A stretch of 32,000 nucleotides of DNA from Okeania sp. (GTDB taxonomy: Bacteria; Cyanobacteriota; Cyanobacteriia; Cyanobacteriales; Microcoleaceae): assembly GCF_035285525.1 (NCBI RefSeq), contig NZ_JAYKGW010000006.1:28357-60356 (forward strand). Direction: 5' to 3'. The stretch's first letter is position 1. Each line of letters begins with the position of its first letter. Under the pieces are notes generated by a model, which saw nothing but the letters and a program-made list of their open reading frames with translations, did no database searches and was not told the origin of the DNA. Positions 27,301 to 32,000 of the stretch are shown piece after piece. Position numbers and translations under genes: made by a program.

Positions 27301-29907
27301 CGAACAGCAGTTTACAAAACTCACCCAAATGAGTTTAGAGAGTTTAACCGTATCCCAAGGCATCAGCATAAAGTATTTGATGTAGAATTTAGCCAAGATG
27401 GAAAAACTATTGCTACTGCAACTGATGATGGTACTCTGAAATTTTGGAATCTTCAAGGGCAGTTATTGAAAATAATGGCAGCAAAAATAGATGAAACTTT
27501 AATCTCTGATGTAGATTTTAGCTGGGATGGAAAAATGATTGCCATTGCCAGTAATGATGGTACAGTGAAATTGTGGAACCTTCAAGGAGAGTTGTTACAA
27601 ACTCTGAAAGAATATGATAGTTCGATCTCTGATGTAGAATTTAGCCAAGATAGAAAAACTATTGCTACTGCAACTGATGACGGTATAGTGAGATTGTGGA
27701 ATCTTCAAGGAGAATTGTTACAAACTTTGAAAAGCAATAATAGTCCTATTTCTGATCTAGATTTTCAGTCAGATGGAAAGATGATCGCAACTGCTAGCAA
27801 TGACGGTATGGTGAAATTGTGGAACTTTCAAGGAAAGTTGTTACAAACTATTAAAGCTCATACTGGTATCATTTCAAATATAAATTTTAGTCCTGATGGG
27901 AAGACTCTCGCTACTTCCAGCAATAATGGTATGGTAAAATTGTGGAACCTTCAGGGGATATTGTTGCGAACTATTAATGCTCATAATGATCGGCCTTCGG
28001 ATTTAACTTTTAGTCCGGATGGAAAGACTGTTGTAACTGCCAGTGATGACGGTACGGTGAAATTGTGGAACCTTCAAGGAGAGTTGTTACAAACCCTGAA
28101 AGGACATGATAGCTTGGTATCTGATGTCGAATTTAGCCCCAATGAAAAGATAATTGTAACTGCCAGTGAAGATGGTACGGTGAAATTATGGAATTTAGAG
28201 GGGCGAGAGTTAAAAACTCTGAGTGATTATAATAGTTTGGTTTCAGATTTAGCATTTAGTCCTGATGGAGAAATAATTGCCACTGCTAGTGATGATGGTA
28301 CAGTTCTGTTATGGAATCTAGAAGGGCAAGAGTTGCGGACTATGAAAATTCATAATGGCTTGGTCTATGATATAGAATTTAGTCCTAATGGCAAGACTCT
28401 GGTAACTGCCGGTGACGATGGTACTGTCAAATTATGGAACTTGCAGTGGCAAGCATTACGGACTTTGGAAAAAGATAATGCTCTCGTTAATGGCGTAGCA
28501 TTAAGTCCCGACGGAAAAATAATTGCCACTACCAGTGATGATGGTGTAATAAAATTATGGAGCTTACAAGGAAAAAAGTTACGCACTTTAGAAAGCAATA
28601 GTAACAGCATCTCTGATATAGTATTTAGCCCCGATGGAAAAATAATTGCTGCTGCCAGTAATGATGGTACAGTAGAATTGTGGAAACTAGAAAAGCAAGA
28701 GTTGCCCGTTCTTTTGGAAGAGAATAGTCACAGTATCTCTGATATAGTATTTAGCCCCGATGGAAAAATAATTGCTACTGCTAGTGATGATGGTACAGTT
28801 AAATTATGGAATCTACAAGGAAAAGAGTTGCGGTCTCTAAAAGGGCATGAGAATTCGGTTTCTGACCTAGATTTTAGTGCAGATGGAAAAATGATTGCTA
28901 CTGCAAGTAATGACAAAACTGTAAAATTGTGGAACCTACAAGGAGAATTGTTGCAAACTCTAGGAGGGTATAAAAGTTTAGTCTCTGATGTCGAATTTAG
29001 CCCTGATGGCAAGATAATTGCTACTGTAAGTCGGGAGAGGATAATAAAATTGTGGCCAAATCTGGGAATAGAAGAATTTACCCAATATGGTTGCCAATTG
29101 TTAAATGATTACTTAATCTCCCATCCTGAAGAATTAAAGGAACTCAGAATTTGCCAAACCGATAAACGCATCAAAGCAGCAGCTCTTAGTTGGGTAATAG
29201 AGGGAGAAGAACTGGCAAGGAAAAGCATGGGCAAAAGCCAAGAGAGTACAGACAAATTTCAGGAAGCAATAAAAAAATTTAATCTAGCACTAAAATGGAA
29301 TCCTGACCTCAATTTGAAGCCAAAAACTAGGGCAAAATCATTACAGCAGGCTGAAAGGTTTATGATAGATGGCACTGATTTAGCAAGACAAGAAAATATA
29401 GAAGCAGCCATAGAAAAATACCAAGGAGCAAAAAAACTCGATCAAGTAGCATTGGTTCCTACTTTGGAAAATCTTGACCCAGAAGCTAAAGCTAAATCTG
29501 AAGCAGCAAATGCTTTATTGCTTCAGGGAAGAAAACTTATGAGGAAAGGAAAACTTAAGGAAGCACTTATATCGTACCAAAAAGCAGAAAAATTTGATCG
29601 TCATCAAATTTCTGCTAGTCATTGGAATAGGCTTTGTCGTGAAGGTACGATTGATAAACAACCTGCTGATGTTATTATTGCTTGTGAAAAAGCAGTTGCT
29701 CTTGACCCGAAAAATGGTAATTTTGTTGATAGTCGGGGATTTGCTAGGGTGTTCACAGGGGATATTGAAGGAGCAATTGCAGATTTTCAGGTATTTGTAG
29801 AATGGACTGATGATCACGAAGAGAAAGAGGAACGACAAAAATTGATCAAAGCACTCCAGGCAGGGAAAGGGCCGTCTCCAATAGAATTGGAGGAGTTCAA
29901 GGATTAG
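24385..29907 (+). CDS. Giant STAND-class P-loop NTPase: N-terminal P-loop-less alpha/beta module, TPR, NTPase, winged-helix, one hydrophobic helix, 14 WD40 repeats, C-terminal TPR-like region
   Basis: The 1840-aa ORF has Walker A GQSGVGKSS (aa 538-546) and Walker B-like LTVIIFDQFEEFF. A hydrophobic helix MVVSSVFAALVMAVLSVGMAIFGF lies at aa 887-910. There are fourteen ~41-aa units of the type FSPDGK.IATASDDGTVKLWNLQG.LL.TL. TPR-like helices lie both before the NTPase and after the WD40 array. Confidence 0.9.
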   Translation: MPEDFNQNSELLSELIFALEMSQGEFRLFLARSNTLTQRDRIMEKLKTSFDGNLAELELDESVEELYTTIEQHLEGKQPDALMVFGLEFVSNIDQLLVSMGLVREEFRDNFHFPILLWIDVKISQKFIQLIPDFESWTSLTVFETPTQELIDFIQQISDRVYHKLLEHGAGIFLDNTALGVGEFVDQELLDAQQELSKRGVKLEPELEAGLKFVLGRTADNSSEKSFEILLEYYNRSLELWQQLNNLVRVAHTYYYLGLLWCSYQFCYRVDKDDIGCYRAASYYQKSVETFEKANRPDLAAKFINSWGELLQILKNWDKLETVACKAIKLHQTYCYPFREARAYGFLAEIELTKNHYKQAKKFAQKALKILTNALANNSNCTSIKEELNLDWQFSHYQGKYLFALGKSEKGLGETKGSIARLEQAIYTTKPEYNPEFYINILIELREIYYQQKEYLKAFKIKQEQLKIEQQFGFQAFIGANRLRDTKLNINPTLPQLQLGTNQKQMIREISASGRQFDVEILLERISRPDYKLIVIHGQSGVGKSSILQAGLVPILKEKSIDTRDVVVVLQQVYVNWISELGKILQKEVQRIGNLADNYENLNLAEEIFTQLEHNAKENFLTVIIFDQFEEFFFANFEQKQKQEFAFFLGKCLKIPFLKIVLSLRSDYIHYLLDFNHLANLETINNDILSENILYCLGNFSKSQAKSVIQGLTQNSQFKIDNNLIEMLVEDLAEELGEIRPIELQVMGAQLQRENITTLAKYQELGDDPKGELVDRYLESVVEDCGRENEKLAWLVLVLLTDENNTRPLKTKAELEKESNFSVKKLNLVLKIFVDSGLVFLSRQNPEDQYQLVHDYLVKFIRQRKEVEILEELKQEREKRQELQKRMVVSSVFAALVMAVLSVGMAIFGFDAKFERRLAENQTIQAQANEAKAHSLLGQRLDEIMSAMRARQKQIDNSFQLKNETSIITDVLRTAVYKTHPNEFREFNRIPRHQHKVFDVEFSQDGKTIATATDDGTLKFWNLQGQLLKIMAAKIDETLISDVDFSWDGKMIAIASNDGTVKLWNLQGELLQTLKEYDSSISDVEFSQDRKTIATATDDGIVRLWNLQGELLQTLKSNNSPISDLDFQSDGKMIATASNDGMVKLWNFQGKLLQTIKAHTGIISNINFSPDGKTLATSSNNGMVKLWNLQGILLRTINAHNDRPSDLTFSPDGKTVVTASDDGTVKLWNLQGELLQTLKGHDSLVSDVEFSPNEKIIVTASEDGTVKLWNLEGRELKTLSDYNSLVSDLAFSPDGEIIATASDDGTVLLWNLEGQELRTMKIHNGLVYDIEFSPNGKTLVTAGDDGTVKLWNLQWQALRTLEKDNALVNGVALSPDGKIIATTSDDGVIKLWSLQGKKLRTLESNSNSISDIVFSPDGKIIAAASNDGTVELWKLEKQELPVLLEENSHSISDIVFSPDGKIIATASDDGTVKLWNLQGKELRSLKGHENSVSDLDFSADGKMIATASNDKTVKLWNLQGELLQTLGGYKSLVSDVEFSPDGKIIATVSRERIIKLWPNLGIEEFTQYGCQLLNDYLISHPEELKELRICQTDKRIKAAALSWVIEGEELARKSMGKSQESTDKFQEAIKKFNLALKWNPDLNLKPKTRAKSLQQAERFMIDGTDLARQENIEAAIEKYQGAKKLDQVALVPTLENLDPEAKAKSEAANALLLQGRKLMRKGKLKEALISYQKAEKFDRHQISASHWNRLCREGTIDKQPADVIIACEKAVALDPKNGNFVDSRGFARVFTGDIEGAIADFQVFVEWTDDHEEKEERQKLIKALQAGKGPSPIELEEFKD
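27361..29065 (+). repeat. 14 tandem WD40-encoding units (~123-126 nt each) with high nucleotide similarity
   Basis: GATGGTAC.GT.AAATT.TGGAA.CT.CAAGG recurs with a regular period. This repetition explains the antisense ORFs at 28365-28610 and 28728-29012. Confidence 0.9.
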
Positions 29908-29959
29908 TCAAGAACCTGATCATATCAAGTTTGCTTAATTCAAGAGAAACAATACTTCA

Positions 29960-29998
29960 GCACAGACACTATATATAGCGTCTTTGCGTAAGTCCTGA
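29960..29998. mobile_element. Solo right arm of a family A MITE
   Basis: GACACTATATATAGCGTCTTTGCGTAAGTCCTGA matches the right arms of A4 and A5. No matching left arm is present. Confidence 0.5.
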
Positions 29999-30325
29999 GA
30001 AAAAAATCTTTTATTTTCAACCATTACTAAATCTCCCCACTCCCCATACTCTAAACCCTATTTAGGACTTGCTAAAAAAATTGGTTGGTTAGGGTAGGAC
30101 AGGGGGAAGCGGAGACGGGGAGATGGAGTAAACTGGCAAAGGTTTCGGCCATTTTATGTGAAGAAATTTTCTGCACTTATTTCCAGAAAATCTCAGTAAA
30201 TTGATGTCAATAAAAGCCAATAACTAGGAGATTAACTAAAGATAAAAAGCTCCTAACACTTATTTATTCTGACTTTTAGCTTTATTCAGCAACCCCTATT
30301 TATATAAAATCCGGTTGAATACTTA

Positions 30326-30595
30326 GGGCTTGCTGATTAAATATTAAAACATTGATATATAAAGATTTTAGGCTTTTTAGGTAGGGAAAAAGTACAAGGT
30401 TTGTGCTCTTCAATTACTAAAAAAGTACGGTTCCCAAGAAATAGGATTTTGGTTGACGCTCTGCAGAAAAACTAAGGGATAATTCTTCCTCTTGTCTTCT
30501 GCAAATTCCCTACTTCTCCTGACTTCTGACTTCTGACTTCTGGCTCCTCTCTACTACTAAAAGACTTTTACGGTTCCCGATAAATCAGCAAGCCT
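30326..30595. mobile_element. Family D element copy D4, inserted into C2 with a target-site duplication
   Basis: The TIRs are GGGCTTGCTGATTAAAT and ATAAATCAGCAAGCC(T). It is flanked on both sides by TACTTA, which occurs only once at the equivalent position of C1. Confidence 0.75.
30521..30541. repeat. Heptamer GACTTCT x3 inside D4
   Basis: There are perfect copies at 30521, 30528 and 30535. Confidence 0.85.
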
Positions 30596-30685
30596 TACTT
30601 ATTATGTATTTGGGGGTGATAGGGTGATGGGGTGATTGAAGTGTAGATAGAATTATGAACATATATTATATAACCAGATTTTATG

Positions 30686-32000
30686 TTAGAGGTCGTAAGG
30701 TAAACCAGTTGGTTTGCCATCTATAGCCAGAGGAATCCTTCCCCATCCTGCCTCCTCACCCATATCAAGCCAGATTTGATCCAAAGTATGGAAACTATAA
30801 GGATCATACGCACCATTAGCACCTATCTCATAAGCGTTAGAAGCACCATATCGAATGCCAAAAGGATCGTGAATATAAATTTGTTCTTTATCCAAATTAA
30901 ATCCTGTGGCTACAACCATGTGTCCGCTACTTTTATAAGCTACACCCAAAACTACTGGATATCCAGCTTGTAGACAAAGCATTAAATCTGCGTGAGAAAG
31001 TGTATAAGAGAAATAGGTTTCTACCCCAAAATCTCTTAATGCTTTAGTTTGCGCCTCATGGTCTGTGGTATCACCATATTTGGCTAATGTTTCTCCATAA
31101 TAACTTTCAAATTCTTTGTAGCCACAAGGTTTTGCTTTCTTCATTAATTCTGGCTTTAAAGCTGCTAAGAACATAGCACAAGAGGTCAAATTACATTGAC
31201 GACTTCCTGCACCAAAATGAAGAGTATCGTTATCTACTTGAGAAAAATAAGGTACGTCTAGCTTTTTCACCCGCACATTTTTTGGTTGTTTATATTGTAA
31301 ATGAGGTGTATAAGCATAAACTTTTTCCAGAGAAGTTTTGCTATCAACTGCTAATCTTGGATTTTCTAAAGTCAACAAAGTATGTTGTTTAGCATCTGGC
31401 AATATTTGTATCACCTTAATTTTTTCATCTTTGTTGACAAAACTTTTCTGATTATCCCATAATTCTGAAGATTGTATGGGTTTAGACTTTAACCAAGTTG
31501 AATGGGCAAAAGTTACAGTAGTAACTTCCTTTTTTTCCTTTGTTGTGCTTTGAACAGACTTACTATTTTTGACAAATTTACAAAATAGTTGAGCTTCAGC
31601 ACATCTGCGCCTCCGCAAACCTACTTCAGCAGCAGAACCAGGATTTCGATATTTTTCAAATTGCTTTGTTACCCAATCTTGATCTGCCCACTTGGAAACG
31701 CTGTCACAAACCTGGGTAATGGAATTGAAGTTGGTTCCACGATAAAAATTTGCGCCCAGGTTATAGGCAAAACTATAAAGCGCCCCCCGTTGATTTTCAT
31801 TCATCTGAGACCAAGTAGGGATTTTTTCTAAAGCAGGTTTACAAACTTCTTCTACTTCCCAAGCTAAATACTCCTCTGCTTCAGCACGAGTAATAATATC
31901 ATTTATCCTAACTTTAGTTCCATCAGGATATTTAGTAGTGCCATACCCAATTGTACCAACTTCCCACCCATAGATTGGATCGGGATATGCTTGGGCTCGG
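30686..32000 (-). CDS. Bifunctional cell-wall hydrolase candidate: GH24 (phage-type) lysozyme domain fused to a C39-like cysteine peptidase domain; 5' end beyond the window
   Basis: The ORF stays open from 31804 to the window edge (RAQAYPDPIYGWEVGTIGYGTTKYPDG..ITRAEAEEYL...NENQRGALYSFAYNLG...GLRRRRCAEAQLF). This is the T4-lysozyme-like pattern, with the catalytic Glu expected upstream. The C-terminal half has YFSQVDN...RQCNLTSCAMFLA (Cys), SSGHMVVATGF (His) and IHDP (Asp), as in Peptidase_C39_2. Confidence 0.8.
   Translation of the reverse strand, partial: RAQAYPDPIYGWEVGTIGYGTTKYPDGTKVRINDIITRAEAEEYLAWEVEEVCKPALEKIPTWSQMNENQRGALYSFAYNLGANFYRGTNFNSITQVCDSVSKWADQDWVTKQFEKYRNPGSAAEVGLRRRRCAEAQLFCKFVKNSKSVQSTTKEKKEVTTVTFAHSTWLKSKPIQSSELWDNQKSFVNKDEKIKVIQILPDAKQHTLLTLENPRLAVDSKTSLEKVYAYTPHLQYKQPKNVRVKKLDVPYFSQVDNDTLHFGAGSRQCNLTSCAMFLAALKPELMKKAKPCGYKEFESYYGETLAKYGDTTDHEAQTKALRDFGVETYFSYTLSHADLMLCLQAGYPVVLGVAYKSSGHMVVATGFNLDKEQIYIHDPFGIRYGASNAYEIGANGAYDPYSFHTLDQIWLDMGEEAGWGRIPLAIDGKPTGLPYDL

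Larger units (their letters stand above)
30301..30684. mobile_element. MITE family C copy C2, split by the insertion of a family D element
   Basis: The left part, TATATAAAATCCGGTTGAATACTTA, lies at 30301-30325. The right part, TACTTATTATGTATTTGGGGGTGAT...TATATAACCAGATTTTAT, runs from about 30596 to 30684. Together they are colinear with C1 at 7796-7896. The element ends 1 nt before the stop codon of the lysozyme/C39 gene. Confidence 0.7.

Noticed and set aside
27361-29065. Regularly spaced repeats that could superficially suggest a CRISPR-like array. The same applies to 10780-11628 and 935-1789.
   Set aside because: All of them lie inside long open reading frames. The period equals whole protein repeats (WD40, 47-aa blades, 95-aa modules). 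There are no unique spacers between conserved short repeats.
5025-29907. The idea that the caspase-fold protein and the STAND-WD40 protein form one NLR-plus-caspase conflict system
   Set aside because: They are 17 kb apart and separated by housekeeping genes (sat, cbiA, psbC, ycf4). The caspase-fold protein lacks its catalytic dyad and carries an export signal. Nothing in the sequence supports a functional link.

Overview
The window looks like AT-rich chromosomal DNA from a filamentous, probably Nostocales-type, cyanobacterium. That origin is an inference from the gene content (psbC, ycf4), 13 copies of the HIP1 palindrome GCGATCGC, heptamer tandem tracts and a very heavy load of miniature inverted-repeat elements. 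I support 16 protein genes. They are a 5'-truncated papain-family peptidase, an Rpn/PD-(D/E)XK putative transposase, a Tat-signal caspase-fold protein lacking the catalytic dyad, sat, a six-blade repeat protein, a ureidoglycolate-lyase-like protein, and cbiA/cobB. The rest are a single-domain globin, a membrane coiled-coil protein, psbC, ycf4, a cyclophilin lipoprotein, a FabF-like ketoacyl synthase, a small secreted protein, a 1840-aa STAND NTPase with 14 WD40 repeats, and a lysozyme plus C39-like peptidase fusion that runs off the right edge. There are three decayed gene remnants (DUF2887, DUF433 and an orphan Rpn 3' end). Almost every intergenic region is filled by at least four MITE-like families, which are often nested inside each other. 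I found no multi-gene operon that looks like a defence island, and no CRISPR array, tRNA or rRNA. The most unusual observations are these: an in-frame 75-nt tandem repeat, open in at least three frames, inside cbiA; the effector-less STAND protein with a hydrophobic helix between its NTPase and WD40 parts; a gene made of exactly six in-phase 141-bp repeats; the Tyr/Ser pseudo-orthocaspase; psbC without psbD; and nested MITE insertions with a visible target-site duplication. All domain calls rest on motif recognition by eye, not on database searches.
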